A stretch of DNA of 64,000 bases from Candidatus Eiseniibacteriota bacterium (GCA_963783375.1 CAWANH010000028.1:1376001-1440000), one strand, 5' to 3'; shown: positions 33,866-46,395, counted from the stretch's first letter. Notes: a model not told the origin generated them from the letters alone. Numbers and translations are program-made.

Positions 33866-34789
33866 ATGGCCGAATCCTCCCGAAAAGCGGTACTCGCGGC
33901 GATCGTGTCCAACCTCGCCATCGCGGTGACCAAGTTCGTGGCCGCCGGGATGACCGGAAGCTCGGCCATGCTCTCCGAAGGGATCCACTCGGTGGTGGAC
34001 ACCGGAAACGGCGCGCTGCTCCTTCTGGGCATGCGGCGGAGCCGGAAGCGTCCGGATGATCTCCACCCCTTCGGCTACGGCCAGGAGCTCTACTTCTGGA
34101 CCCTGGTGGTGGCCATCCTCATCTTCGCCCTCGGCGGCGGGATGTCGGCCTACGAAGGCATCAAGCACCTCCACGAGACCGGCGCGGAGATGCGGGACCC
34201 CCGGGTGAACTACATCGTCCTCGGCCTCTCGTTTCTCTTCGAAGGTGTCTCGTGGGTGGTGGCGGTCCGGGGGTTCCTCAGGGTCAAGGGCCGGCGGACG
34301 ATCTGGCGGGAGGTGCGCGCGAGCAAGGACCCGACCACCTTCGCCGTGGTCTTCGAGGATTCGGCCGCCCTCCTGGGGCTCATCGTGGCCTTCCTCGGCA
34401 TCTTCCTCAGCCACCGGCTCGACGCGCCGTATCTGGACGGCTGCGCCTCGATCGTGATCGGGCTGATCCTGGCGGTGGTGGCGGTGGTGCTGGCGGTGGA
34501 GTCCAAGGGTCTCCTGGTGGGGGAGAGCGCGGACCTCGAGGTCGTGGCCTCGATCCGGCGGATCGCCTCCGGCCACGACGGCGTGGAGCGGGTGCTGGAA
34601 GTGCTGACCCTCCACCTCGGGCCGGAAGACGTGCTCCTGAACCTCGACGTGCAATTCCGGCGGGGACTGGCCGCCTCGGACGTGGAGCGGGTGGTGGACG
34701 AGCTCGAGGAGGCGGTGCGGGCGGCCCACCCCGAGGTCCGGCGCATCTTCATCGAGGCCCAGGCCATCGCGCGGCGGGAGGGCAGATAG
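33866..34789 (+). CDS. Cation diffusion facilitator (CDF) transporter
   Basis: SEGIHSVVD, HPFGYG, FEDSAA; six TM segments plus a C-terminal dimerisation domain. Confidence 0.9.
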   Translation: MAESSRKAVLAAIVSNLAIAVTKFVAAGMTGSSAMLSEGIHSVVDTGNGALLLLGMRRSRKRPDDLHPFGYGQELYFWTLVVAILIFALGGGMSAYEGIKHLHETGAEMRDPRVNYIVLGLSFLFEGVSWVVAVRGFLRVKGRRTIWREVRASKDPTTFAVVFEDSAALLGLIVAFLGIFLSHRLDAPYLDGCASIVIGLILAVVAVVLAVESKGLLVGESADLEVVASIRRIASGHDGVERVLEVLTLHLGPEDVLLNLDVQFRRGLAASDVERVVDELEEAVRAAHPEVRRIFIEAQAIARREGR

Positions 34790-34858
34790 GGGTCGAGCCC
34801 CGGAACTCCTTCCGGCCGCGACCGTTCTCCGCGGCGACCGGCCGGTGATCGACGCGGC

Positions 34859-36538
<1,680 letters not shown>

Positions 36539-36595
36539 GGTTGAAGCTCCGTGTGGGTTGAAGAGGAGCGAAGGAGAATACCGGACGCGCGGGCT

Positions 36596-37507
36596 TCAGT
36601 CCACCCAGGGGGAGGTCGGGGGGGTGAGGAGCCACGCCAGCACCGCACCGAACGCCACCCCGGCCAGCTCCGCCCGCCAGGCGAGGCCTCGGCGGGCGCC
36701 CGCCGGGGCGGGGCCCTGGTGAAGGAGGGTGACGGCCACCCCCGCGGCGCCCCCGATCGCCGTCCCCGCCGCCACGTCGGTGGGGAAGTGGACCTCGGAA
36801 TCCACCCGGAGGATGGAGGTGGCGGTGGCGAGCCCGCCTCCCACCGCTCCCGCCGCGAAGTGGACCGGCCAGGGCAACTCCGGCCGCCGGGTGGCCAGGA
36901 ACCCCACGCCGGTCATCGCCGAGGCCCAGGCCGCGGCGGCGTGTCCGGAGGGAAAGGAGCGGAAGGCGTCCTCGGCCCCGACCTGGTAGGCGGCGCTCCC
37001 GGGGCGCCGGTCGGCCGGAAGGTAGGTGTAGGGCCGCGGCCGGGACACCGCGTTCTTGAGGATCAACGTCGCTCCCCCGGCCAGAAGCCCCGCCTCCAGG
37101 TGGTTCCGCGCCACCTCGGACTCGTTCTCCCAGAACCCGCGGCCGCAGTTCAGGGCCAGGGCGGCGGCTTCGGGATAGACCAGGGAGCCGGCGAGAAACG
37201 CGTCGGCGCCGGTGACCGCGCGGGTGGAAGGGCGCCGGAGGGCCCGGCGGTCCCAGCCGATCCCGATGTCCGCCCGGTCAAGACCGGCGGGGGGAACGTC
37301 CCTCAGCCGCGGGGAAAGCAGGAACTCCCCGGTCGCCGTGGCCGCCCCTCCGAGGCCGGCCAGCACCCAGTCCCGCCGCTCCACCAGGGAGCGGGCGGTG
37401 TCGGGGGAAGCGGGCGCCGCCGCCCGCGCCGGCGCGGCGAGGACCAGCGCAATCAGGATGAGGACGAGCGCGGAGATCGAGGAGCGGTTCAAGCGAGGGG
37501 CCTCCAC
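36596..37507 (-). CDS. PAP2 family phosphatase
   Basis: K...SRPRP, SFPSGH, LRV....HFPTDV. Confidence 0.85.
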   Translation of the reverse strand: MEAPRLNRSSISALVLILIALVLAAPARAAAPASPDTARSLVERRDWVLAGLGGAATATGEFLLSPRLRDVPPAGLDRADIGIGWDRRALRRPSTRAVTGADAFLAGSLVYPEAAALALNCGRGFWENESEVARNHLEAGLLAGGATLILKNAVSRPRPYTYLPADRRPGSAAYQVGAEDAFRSFPSGHAAAAWASAMTGVGFLATRRPELPWPVHFAAGAVGGGLATATSILRVDSEVHFPTDVAAGTAIGGAAGVAVTLLHQGPAPAGARRGLAWRAELAGVAFGAVLAWLLTPPTSPWVD

Positions 37508-37709
37508 AGCCGGTGGTTAGAGGACGAGCGATCATAGCCCACGCTCCGAGGGCCCGCCCACCTCCGGCCGACGACCGGTCGTGCGCGGGAGCGGGCGCAC
37601 GCTTCGCCACACCCCGGACGGCGTCGCGGGACCCTGGATTCGCGACGGGGGTCGGATGGTAGTACCCTTCAGGGGGAGGGCGGCAAACAATCGACAAGGA
37701 GAGACAATC

Positions 37710-38480
37710 ATGACGCGGCACCTCAAGACTTCACTCATCCTTCTGGCCGGAGCGGCCCTCGTGGTCCCCGGAACGGCGGCGCGGGCCCAGAGCCCCAAGC
37801 TCGAGCAGCAACAACAGGACTTCGAACCGTCCACCCAGCGCGACCGGGACACCTTCAACGGTGGGTTCATGACCCTCGACCAGGGGCTCTGGGAAGCGCT
37901 CTCCGACAAGCCCCAGGACGAGTTCCGGAACGCTCTCGACGACTTCGCCGCCGGGAAGAGCCACGAGATGGCGGGAAGCATCTACAACGCGGCCGCGGTC
38001 ACCCGACTGGCCGCCACGCGCGCCCTTCCCGAGCCGAAGAAGCGCCTGGTGGCCTCGCTCTTCGAGCTCAAGGACCTGGCCGAGCGGGCGGAGAAGGGAA
38101 AGATCGACTCCCGGGACCAGCTGATCCATCCCTTCGGCCGGACCCTGGCCGCCCTCTCCCAGTACTACGCGGCCCGGGCCGAGGAGGAGTGGACCCAGGG
38201 GAAGGCGGGAGACGCCGGGAAGTCGCTGGCCTCGGGGGTCAAGGATCTCGAACACGCTTTCGCCTGGGCGGGGTACCAGCCGGACCCCGATGAATCCAGC
38301 CAGGTCGAGGCCGCCCGCACCACCGCCACCCGGCTCAGCACCACCAAGGACTACGATCGAACCCAGGTAAACCACGCCCTGGCCGCGTTCACCGGGTTCG
38401 TCCGCGACTACACCGACGGCATCTGGAAAGGGGTTCCGGACCTGACCCCGGCCGAGACGGGGAAGCCGAAGCAATCCTAG
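37710..38480 (+). CDS. Hypothetical secreted helical protein
   Basis: AAGGAG RBS, signal peptide (AARA-Q), coding-like codon usage. Confidence 0.7.
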   Translation: MTRHLKTSLILLAGAALVVPGTAARAQSPKLEQQQQDFEPSTQRDRDTFNGGFMTLDQGLWEALSDKPQDEFRNALDDFAAGKSHEMAGSIYNAAAVTRLAATRALPEPKKRLVASLFELKDLAERAEKGKIDSRDQLIHPFGRTLAALSQYYAARAEEEWTQGKAGDAGKSLASGVKDLEHAFAWAGYQPDPDESSQVEAARTTATRLSTTKDYDRTQVNHALAAFTGFVRDYTDGIWKGVPDLTPAETGKPKQS

Positions 38481-38498
38481 AACACTGGAGGAGGACGG

Positions 38499-39539
38499 AT
38501 GCGATACCGGATCCTGGGACGAAGCGGGCTTCGGGTGTCGGAGCTGGCGTTGGGGACCATGACCTTCGGGGAGGATTGGGGATGGGGGGCCTCCCGCGAG
38601 GAGTCCCGCCTCATCTTCGACGCCTTCGCCGAGGCCGGCGGGAACTTCATCGACACCGCGATCAACTACACCAACGGGACCTCGGAACGGTTCGTGGGAG
38701 AGTTCCTGGCCTCGGACCGGGACCACTTCGTCCTGGCCACCAAGTTCACCCTCTCCACCCGGCCCGACGACCTGAATTTCAGCGGTAACCACCGGAAGAA
38801 CCTCCGGCGGTCGGTGGAGCGGAGCCTGGACAGCCTTCGCACCGACTACATCGATCTTCTATGGCTCCACATGTGGGACTACACCACCCCGATCGAGGAG
38901 ATCATGCGGGGGCTCGACGACCTGGTGCGCTCGGGGAAGGTGCTTCACGTCGGGGTGTCGGATACCCCGGCCTGGGTGATCGCCCGGGCCAACACCCAGG
39001 CCGAGCTTCGGGGCTGGTCTCCCTTCTGTGCGGTCCAGGTCCCTTACAGCCTGGCCCGCCGCGACGTGGAGCGGGAGATCCTCCCGGTGGCCAAGGCCTT
39101 CGACATGGCCGTCACTCCCTGGGGGCTCCTGGGGGGCGGGGTCCTGACCGGGAAGTACAACCGCGGCGGCGACGAGCCCAAACGGAGGGACCCGGCGGGG
39201 ATTCCCGAGGCGCAGCTGAAGCTGGCCGAGGAGGTGGTCCGGGTGGCCGGGGAAATCGACCGCTCCCCGGCCCAGGTCGCGGTCGACTGGGTGCGCCAGC
39301 AACAGGAGCGGGCCCCGATCGTCCCGATCCTGGGCGCCCGGAGCGTGAGCCAGCTCAAGGACAACCTGGGCTGCCTGGAGTTCGAGCTGGGCCCGGCCGA
39401 GCTGGAGCGCCTGGAGGCGGCCTCGGGGTTCGAGCCGGGATTCCCCCACGACTTCCTGGAATCCGAGAACATCCGGAAGCTCATCTACGGGGAGAACTTC
39501 GCGCTTCTGGACGATCCCCGGCGGGGGGAGCGGACCTAG
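38499..39539 (+). CDS. Aldo/keto reductase
   Basis: LGRSGLRVSELALGTMTFG, FIDTA..Y, LATK, DYIDL. Confidence 0.93.
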   Translation: MRYRILGRSGLRVSELALGTMTFGEDWGWGASREESRLIFDAFAEAGGNFIDTAINYTNGTSERFVGEFLASDRDHFVLATKFTLSTRPDDLNFSGNHRKNLRRSVERSLDSLRTDYIDLLWLHMWDYTTPIEEIMRGLDDLVRSGKVLHVGVSDTPAWVIARANTQAELRGWSPFCAVQVPYSLARRDVEREILPVAKAFDMAVTPWGLLGGGVLTGKYNRGGDEPKRRDPAGIPEAQLKLAEEVVRVAGEIDRSPAQVAVDWVRQQQERAPIVPILGARSVSQLKDNLGCLEFELGPAELERLEAASGFEPGFPHDFLESENIRKLIYGENFALLDDPRRGERT

Positions 39540-39653
39540 GCGCGCGCGGTCCGGGGACCGCCCCGGTCGCCTTTCCAAAAGCGAGAAGCGGTTTATCAGC
39601 GGTTTGTCGGTCGCCCCCGGCCCCGCTACACTCTGCGGCCGGAGGAAGCAACC

Positions 39654-41033
39654 ATGAGCGAACTCGGAACCGCCGCCCGGCCCCTGCGCGTGGCCGTGGT
39701 CGGAAGCGGTCCTGCCGGCTTCTACGCCGCCGAAGCCCTGTTCAAGTCGGAGAAGGTCGTGCACGTGGACATGTTCGACCGGCTCCCCACCCCTTTCGGG
39801 CTGGTGCGCGGAGGCGTGGCCCCCGACCATCAGAAGATCAAGAACGTCATCAAGGTCTACGATCGCATCGCCGCCGCCGACGGCTTCGCCTTCTTCGGGA
39901 ACGTCATGGTGGGACGGGACGTGGACGTCGAGACCTTGAAGCGCCACTACGACGCGATCATCTTCTCGAGCGGCGCCGAGACCGACCGGCGCCTGGGCAT
40001 TCCCGGCGAGGATCTCCCGGGAAGCCACACCGCCACCGAGTTCGTGGGGTGGTACAACGGGCACCCCGACTTCCGGAACCGAGAGTTCGACCTCTCCGCC
40101 GAGGTCGCCATGGTGATCGGCCAGGGGAACGTGGCCATGGACGTGAGCCGCATCCTGGCCAAGACGGTGAAGGAGCTCGAGGACTCCGACATCGCCGGCC
40201 ACGCCCTGGAGGCCCTCTCGCGGAGCAAGGTGAAGCACGTGCACATGGTCGGGCGGCGCGGCCCCGCCCAGGCCAAGTTCACCCCGCCCGAGATCAAGGA
40301 AATCGGCGAGCTGGCGGACTGCGATCCGGTGGTGGACCCGGCCGACCTGGACCTCGACCCGGCCAGCCGCGCGGAGCTGGAGCTTCCCGACGCCAAGCTC
40401 AACCGGAAGAACGTGGAAACGCTCCAGGAGTACGCCGCCCGCCCCGCTCCCACCAAGAGCCGCCGCTATCACATCCGCTTCTTCCTGAGCCCGGTGGAGC
40501 TTAGGGGCGACGGTCGGGTGGAAGAGGTGGTGTTCGAGCGGAACGCGCTCAAGGGCGAGCCGGGGAACCTCTGGGCCGAGGGGACCGGCGAGCGCTTCGC
40601 CGAGCCCTGCGGCATCTTCTTCCGGAGCGTGGGGTATCGCGGGGTGGCGATCCCCGGCCTCCCCTTCAACGAGCGGAAGGGCATCATCCCGAGCCGCGAG
40701 AGCCGGGTGGTCGAGGGAGAGGTGGTGCTTCCCGGGATCTACGTGGCGGGTTGGATCAAGCGGGGCCCCTCCGGGGTGATCGGGACCAACAAGCCGTGCA
40801 GCTACGAGACGGTGGCCTCGCTTCTCGAAGACCTCCCCAGGCTCGAGCCCTGCCCGGTCCCCGACTCCGACGCGCTCCGCGGTCTCCTGGAGGCGGGCGG
40901 GGCGCATGTGGTGAGCTTCGACGACTGGCGGAAGCTGGACGCGGCCGAGATCGCCCGCGGAAAGGAGCGGGGGAAACCCCGGGAGAAGTTCGTGACCATC
41001 GAGGAGATGCTGGCCCACCTCGCCCAAGGCTGA
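39654..41033 (+). CDS. Ferredoxin-NADP+ reductase (FprA/adrenodoxin reductase type)
   Basis: [45 protein letters not shown]. Confidence 0.92.
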   Translation: MSELGTAARPLRVAVVGSGPAGFYAAEALFKSEKVVHVDMFDRLPTPFGLVRGGVAPDHQKIKNVIKVYDRIAAADGFAFFGNVMVGRDVDVETLKRHYDAIIFSSGAETDRRLGIPGEDLPGSHTATEFVGWYNGHPDFRNREFDLSAEVAMVIGQGNVAMDVSRILAKTVKELEDSDIAGHALEALSRSKVKHVHMVGRRGPAQAKFTPPEIKEIGELADCDPVVDPADLDLDPASRAELELPDAKLNRKNVETLQEYAARPAPTKSRRYHIRFFLSPVELRGDGRVEEVVFERNALKGEPGNLWAEGTGERFAEPCGIFFRSVGYRGVAIPGLPFNERKGIIPSRESRVVEGEVVLPGIYVAGWIKRGPSGVIGTNKPCSYETVASLLEDLPRLEPCPVPDSDALRGLLEAGGAHVVSFDDWRKLDAAEIARGKERGKPREKFVTIEEMLAHLAQG

Positions 41034-41094
41034 TCGCCGCGGTCCGGCTCCGACCCCTTCACGCCCTGGCGATCCCCACGGGCAGGATGTCTCC

Positions 41095-42178
41095 ATGAGC
41101 GAACCGGTCTCCATCGAGCTGATCGAACGGGTGCGGGAGGCCGTTTCCCGCCACACCCGGCGGACGCGTGGAGAGAGGTTGCTATCATCCCGCATGTCGA
41201 ACCAAGCGCCGACGCTCCCACCTCGCCTGGTGAGAAGGTGCGGCCGACCGTCGACGCGGCGCCCGGCGCACCCCGCTCCTGCACAGTGAATGGCTCTCGG
41301 CGCTGGTCGGCGGGGAAGTTCGCCTGAAGTGCGAGAACCTCCAGGTGACGGGGTCCTTCAAGATCCGGGGCGCGATCGCGGCCCTGGCCGGGATGTCGCC
41401 GGAGGAACGCGCGCGGGGGGTGGTGGCCGCATCCGCCGGAAACCACGGCCTGGGGCTGGCCCGCGCGGCCTCGATCTTCGGCGTCCCCCTGACGGTGGTG
41501 GTCCCCCGCGGCGCCCCCCGGGTGAAGGCGGAGGGGATCGCCGATCTCGGCGCCCGCGTGCTCCGATCCCCTCACGACGGCTACGACGCGACCCATGCCT
41601 GGACCCTGGAACGCCTGGAGGAGTGGGGGGGCCGGTTCGTGTCGGCCTTCGAGGACCCGCCGATCATGGCCGGAAACGGCGGCACCACGTTCCTGGAGGT
41701 GCTGGAGGAGTTTCCCGACCCGGACGTGGTGATCGCTCCCTGCGGGGGGGGCGGGCTCTCGATCGGGATGGGGGTCGCGGCGCGCGCGCGAAGTCCCCGC
41801 ACCCGGATCGTGGGGGTGAACACCGACGCCTCGCCGGGGATGTGGCTCTCCCGCCGGGACGGCCGCGCCTACCTGGAGGTCGAGAGCCGGCCGACCATCG
41901 CCGAGGGCCTGGAGGGCGGGGTGGGGGAGCGGAGCTTCGCTCTGGGCCGGACCTACATCGACGACGTGATCCAGGTCCCCGAGGCCACGATTCGTCGCGC
42001 GGTGGTGGACGTCCTCCGTCACGAGCACGTGCTGGTGGAGGGCTCCGGCGCGGCCGGGGTCGCGGCGATCCTGGACGGCGCGGTGGATCTGGCCGGCCGG
42101 CGGGCGGTGGTGATCCTGAGCGGTGGGAACATCGATCCGCCGCTTCTCACGCAACTCCTCGCCGAGGCCTCGGAGTAG
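41095..42178 (+). pseudogene. PLP-dependent threonine/serine dehydratase interrupted by a 106-nt insertion
   Basis: The N-terminus MSEPVSIELIERVREAVSRHTRR and the body TPLLHSEWL...KCENLQVTGSFKIRGA, SAGNHG, GGGGL, LSGGNID are in different frames. Removing 41163-41268 gives one 325-aa ORF. Confidence 0.8.
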
Positions 42179-42263
42179 CGGGCGCGGACGCCGCGGACCG
42201 GCGTTCCACCGGGGGGTCCGCTGGGACGTCCCCGCCCGCCATGAACCCTGCCCCCATGAAGAA

Positions 42264-42292
42264 GCGGGCCGCGGGATGAACCCGCGGCCCGC
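42264..42292 (-). terminator. Hairpin terminator between convergent genes
   Basis: GCGGGCCGCGGG-ATGAA-CCCGCGGCCCGC, followed by TTCTTC on the minus strand. Confidence 0.6.
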
Positions 42293-42346
42293 CGTTCGTT
42301 CAACGCATCCGGTCCGGGCACGCTCCGGCGTCCCCGGCCCCGGAGT

Positions 42347-44908
42347 CTATTGGGTGAGCACCAGCTTCTGCACCGTGGTCTCCGAGCCGGCCTCGAGCCG
42401 GACCACGTAGAAGCCCGCGGCGGCCCGGCCGCCGGAGTCCAGACGACCGTTCCAGGTCGCGGTATGCGATCCCGCGCCCTGGATCTCGTCCACCAGCGTC
42501 GCCACCTTCCGGCCCTGGGCGTCGAAGATCGAGAGACGCACCGGGCTCGCCCCGGGGAGGCCGTAGGCGATGGAGGTGGAGAAGGTGAACGGGTTCGGCC
42601 GGCCCGGCGCCATGGTGAGCGCGCCCGGAACGGCCGAGGCCGCCTGGAGGGTGAGGGGGCCGTGCCACTCGATGCCGCCGGCGCGGCTGATCTCGGCCAG
42701 CCAGTAATCCACCCGGGCGGTGGGCGCGGAGGCGTCCACGAACTCGTAGTGGGTCTGCCCGGAGAGGAGGCCGGTGGAGATCATCTCCCGAGCGGCTCCG
42801 GGAAGCTGGCGGTAGACCTGGAACCCGGCATGGTCGACGGCTTCCGCCACCTCCCAGCTCAGCACCGCGCCGCGCGCGTCGCGCTGGACGGAGAACGCGG
42901 AGAGCTTGACCGGAACCGGGCACTCCACGGTGATCACCGCGGCGCAGGTATCCGAGCGCCCGCAGGCGTCGGTGGCGATCAGGAGCACGTTCGTGTTCCC
43001 GAGGGCGTAGGGCCCGGGGGGAATGAGGCTGAGGGTGAACGGGTCGCCGTCGGGATCGTAGCTCCCGTCATCCACGTCGGACGCGGTCACGTAGCGGGCG
43101 ATGCAGGAGACGGTGGAGTCCCCCATCACCACCACGTTCTTGCACAGGGCCACCGGCGGCGCGTTCAACTGGAACGCGCCCCAGCGGGTTCCCCACCGGC
43201 CGTATTCCCGCAGGGTGTCGGGAGGAGACGTGGTGATGCAGGCGGTGGGAGTGCCGCGGTTCAGGGCGTACTCGTTGAACACCCAGAACGTGCTCTGGTC
43301 GGCGGGATCCAGGGAGATGCCGCTGTAGTCCCCCCAACGGTTCCGCGACCCGCAGAAGGTCCGCCGGTAGCAGTCGGCGCCGGCGGCCAGGATTCCGCTG
43401 GACTGGACGGTGCCGGCGGCGTCGGTGACCCGGCGGCCGGTGTAGTAGGCGCCGGGGTGGATGGTCTGGTTCGATGCGGCGAACCCGAAGGCGAGGTTCC
43501 CGCACACGTCCACGTCCACCGACGGGAAGAAGGTCATCATGCCGGCGTCGATGTCCTCACCCCCGATGCTCCCCTGGTCGCTCAAGGCGATCGCCGCCAG
43601 GACCTGGGTGTTCATGTTCCACCAGTGCGCGGTGGCCTGGGCGGCGTCCACGCCCGCCGCGGGGCGGATGATGCTGGCCGCGTAGAGGTGGTTGTTCCTC
43701 CACACCACCGAGTAGGCCCGGCGGTCCCCGGTGTCCACCGGTGCGCTGGGGGGGAGCTCCTTGGGGTGGACGAGGCTGCAGCCCATCTGAGGGGCATCCG
43801 GCACGCCGATCCGGGCGTCCTCGATGTTCCCCACGAACACGAACTGCTGGCTGAAGCTCGGAGCGCCGAGGGGATTGTCCACCCGGGTGACGCTCACCGC
43901 CTCCTGGCCGGCGCCGGACCCGAGACCGAAGTCCTGGGACCAGCCCGCGCTCACCAGGAAGATGCCGTTTCCGGCCGGGTTGGGGCCGTACATGCGGCTG
44001 GGCATCTGGGTGAACTCGCCGGCGATGACCGACGGGTCGTAAACGTTCACCGAGGCCGCTCCGCCGGCGTAGAGGGGGTTCTTGTCGATGATCCAGAGGC
44101 GGGTGTCGGCGAAGTACCCCCGGTTCAATCCGCCCGGATCCTCCGAGGCGAAGTTGAACATGTTGGCGGTGATGTAGATGGCCTCGTCGTCCACCGCCAG
44201 GCCCGGATAGTCCGCCCAGTGGAGGAGGGGGACGCCGAAGGCGGTGCTGGTGATGGTCACCGCGCTGTTGACGGAGGTGTAGTACCACGTTCCGTTGGGG
44301 TCGCTGTCGTCGGAGACCGCCACCAGGATGTGCGAGGTGTTCGCGGCCGCCCCGAACGCGGTCTCGGTCTGGTCCAGGGCGATCGCCACGAAGCGGCCGC
44401 TGTACTGGTCGTAGATCACCTTGGGATCGAAGCAGGCGGTGAGGGGGCTCACCGGGGCGAAGAAGCTCGCCAGGTCGGTCCGGAACTGCTCGGTCCCGCC
44501 CTTGTCGAACGCCTGGATGATCGTGTTGACGATGTTGACCACGTGGCCCGGCCCCGCGGCTCCGTTCGGATCCGGGGGGATGAAGATGTAGCCGTTGAGC
44601 GGAATACTGGAGTCGAAGTTCACCCCCTCGATGGTGGTGAGGAGCGAGGGGGCGCCGGCCGGCGGCGCGGGAGGGGCGAGGTTGGGGATCTGGACCTCAA
44701 CCGCCCCCACCTCGGACTGGGCCGGGGGCGACGCGGCGAAGGCCTCCGGGTCGATCGAGGGGACGGGGGTCACCGAGGGCGCGGGATCGAGGGCGAAGGC
44801 CGGGGCCGCCGTGACGACCGCGAATACGAGGACCGCGAGGAGCCCGATCGCGACACGCGGTCGTGGGCCGGATCTGTGAGAGATTGGCAAGGCTAACCGG
44901 ATCGACAT
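42347..44908 (-). CDS. Secreted protein (PPDPxGAAG...RWGDYS type) with Ig-like domain and FlgD-Ig/T9SS-like tail
   Basis: Signal peptide, PPDPNGAAGP, FDPKVIYD, WADYP, RWGDYS, PVKLSAF, PNPF...WNGR...GFYVVRL. Confidence 0.85.
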   Translation of the reverse strand: MSIRLALPISHRSGPRPRVAIGLLAVLVFAVVTAAPAFALDPAPSVTPVPSIDPEAFAASPPAQSEVGAVEVQIPNLAPPAPPAGAPSLLTTIEGVNFDSSIPLNGYIFIPPDPNGAAGPGHVVNIVNTIIQAFDKGGTEQFRTDLASFFAPVSPLTACFDPKVIYDQYSGRFVAIALDQTETAFGAAANTSHILVAVSDDSDPNGTWYYTSVNSAVTITSTAFGVPLLHWADYPGLAVDDEAIYITANMFNFASEDPGGLNRGYFADTRLWIIDKNPLYAGGAASVNVYDPSVIAGEFTQMPSRMYGPNPAGNGIFLVSAGWSQDFGLGSGAGQEAVSVTRVDNPLGAPSFSQQFVFVGNIEDARIGVPDAPQMGCSLVHPKELPPSAPVDTGDRRAYSVVWRNNHLYAASIIRPAAGVDAAQATAHWWNMNTQVLAAIALSDQGSIGGEDIDAGMMTFFPSVDVDVCGNLAFGFAASNQTIHPGAYYTGRRVTDAAGTVQSSGILAAGADCYRRTFCGSRNRWGDYSGISLDPADQSTFWVFNEYALNRGTPTACITTSPPDTLREYGRWGTRWGAFQLNAPPVALCKNVVVMGDSTVSCIARYVTASDVDDGSYDPDGDPFTLSLIPPGPYALGNTNVLLIATDACGRSDTCAAVITVECPVPVKLSAFSVQRDARGAVLSWEVAEAVDHAGFQVYRQLPGAAREMISTGLLSGQTHYEFVDASAPTARVDYWLAEISRAGGIEWHGPLTLQAASAVPGALTMAPGRPNPFTFSTSIAYGLPGASPVRLSIFDAQGRKVATLVDEIQGAGSHTATWNGRLDSGGRAAAGFYVVRLEAGSETTVQKLVLTQ

Positions 44909-45031
44909 GGTGTCTCTCCTTCCCGATGTGCGAACGATGGATGGATGTGCGGGCCGCCGGGGCCGGGGACGTGGCGCCGACGCTAGGAACAGATACGAAG
45001 ATGTTCATACCATGGATCGCGCCTGCATAAT

Positions 45032-45047
45032 ATTACATTTTTGTAAT
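45032..45047. promoter_or_regulatory. Palindromic operator-like site in an AT-rich divergent promoter region
   Basis: ATTACA-N4-TGTAAT, lying between candidate TTCAAT and TATTAT boxes on the minus strand. Confidence 0.45.
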
Positions 45048-45147
45048 GCATTGAAAAAACAACGGTTACGCAAGCCGGTCCGCCTGCGGGCGAGGTCGTC
45101 TTTGGAAGACCGCCTGAAAGATTTCCGACACTTCGCAACTCTTGTCC

Positions 45148-45190
45148 TTGACCTTGCGTATGTATCAATATGATATCATATCGGTATCAA
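45148..45190 (+). promoter_or_regulatory. Promoter/operator of the SPFH-RHH operon
   Basis: TTGACC at 45148; perfect palindrome ATATGATATCATAT (45168-45181); TATCA at 45163, 45174 and 45185. Confidence 0.6.
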
Positions 45191-45236
45191 GCATCGGCGG
45201 TGCGTCTCCGCGACCGCCGTACATGGGAGGTGTGAG

Positions 45237-46103
45237 ATGGTTCGTGAACGTGAGGTCAAGTACAGCTCGGGTTACTTCGCGATCCTGGTGGGGTTCGCGC
45301 TCGGCGCCCTCGCCGTGACGATGTTCATCCACTCCATCAACCGGAGCGTACCCGAGCTCTTCGGCTCGTTCGGGGTGCTCTTGGTGGCGATCCTGGTGTT
45401 CGTGGGGCTCTTCCTGGTGAACCCGAACGAGGCCAAGGTGCTCCAGCTCTTCGGCAAGTACGTGGGGACGGCCCGGCAACCGGGGCTTCGCTGGGCCAAC
45501 CCGTTCTTCTCCAAGACCAAGATCTCCGCCCGGGTCCGGAACTTCGAGACCGGCAAGCTCAAGGTGAACGACAACACCGGAAACCCCATCGAGATCGCCT
45601 CGGTGGTGGTATGGCGGGTGGTGGACACCGCGGAAGCCATGTTCAACGTGAACGACTTCGAGGACTTCGTGCACGTCCAGAGCGAGGCGGCGCTTCGGAA
45701 CCTGGCCACCGGTTACGCCTACGTCTCCCACGAGGAGGAGAGCCAGTCGCTGAGCGGCCACACCGCCGAGGTCTCGGAAAAGCTCAAGGTGGAGATTCAG
45801 GACCGGCTGGCCCAGGCGGGGGTCGAGGTCCTCGAGGCGCGGATCAGCCACCTGGCCTACGCCCAGGAGATCGCCGCGGCCATGCTCCAGCGCCAGCAGG
45901 CCAGCGCGGTGGTGGCCGCCCGCCAGAAGATCGTCGAGGGCGCGGTGGGGATGGTGGAGACCGCCCTGGAGATGCTCTCCGAGAAGAAGGTCATCCACCT
46001 GGACGAGGAACGGAAGGCAACCATGGTCAGTAACCTCCTGGTCGTCCTGTGCAGCGACCGGCACACCCAACCCGTGATCAACACCGGCAGCCTCTACCAG
46101 TAG
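45237..46103 (+). CDS. SPFH (band 7) domain membrane protein
   Basis: Two TM helices, [46 protein letters not shown]. Confidence 0.92.
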   Translation: MVREREVKYSSGYFAILVGFALGALAVTMFIHSINRSVPELFGSFGVLLVAILVFVGLFLVNPNEAKVLQLFGKYVGTARQPGLRWANPFFSKTKISARVRNFETGKLKVNDNTGNPIEIASVVVWRVVDTAEAMFNVNDFEDFVHVQSEAALRNLATGYAYVSHEEESQSLSGHTAEVSEKLKVEIQDRLAQAGVEVLEARISHLAYAQEIAAAMLQRQQASAVVAARQKIVEGAVGMVETALEMLSEKKVIHLDEERKATMVSNLLVVLCSDRHTQPVINTGSLYQ

Positions 46104-46109
46104 GGCGTG

Positions 46110-46298
46110 ATGGCCGAGCGCAAGTCCTTTCCCCTCCGGGTGAGCCCGGAGATCTATGAGGCGCTCCGGGTGTGGGCGAACGACGAGCTGCGCAGCGTGA
46201 ACGCGCAGATCGAGTTTCTCCTCACCCGGGCGATTCGGGACGCCGGGCGGATGCCGGGACGGCGGGGGCCCCGGTCGGGGGATGCGCGGAAGGAGTGA
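46110..46298 (+). CDS. Arc-like ribbon-helix-helix DNA-binding protein
   Basis: ERKSFPLRV...LRVWANDELRSVNAQIEFLL, directly after the SPFH gene. Confidence 0.8.
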   Translation: MAERKSFPLRVSPEIYEALRVWANDELRSVNAQIEFLLTRAIRDAGRMPGRRGPRSGDARKE

Positions 46299-46367
46299 GG
46301 AGGGACGGCGGCACGCCGCTGCCCTGGGGGGGTGGCGGCGGGGTGCGCCGGGACCCGGCGGACACGC

Positions 46368-46395
46368 GAAACGAGGCGCCTCGGTGGCGCCTCGT
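46368..46395 (-). terminator. Terminator of the PEP-CTERM gene
   Basis: ACGAGGCGCC-TCGGT-GGCGCCTCGT with a short T run on the minus strand. Confidence 0.5.
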
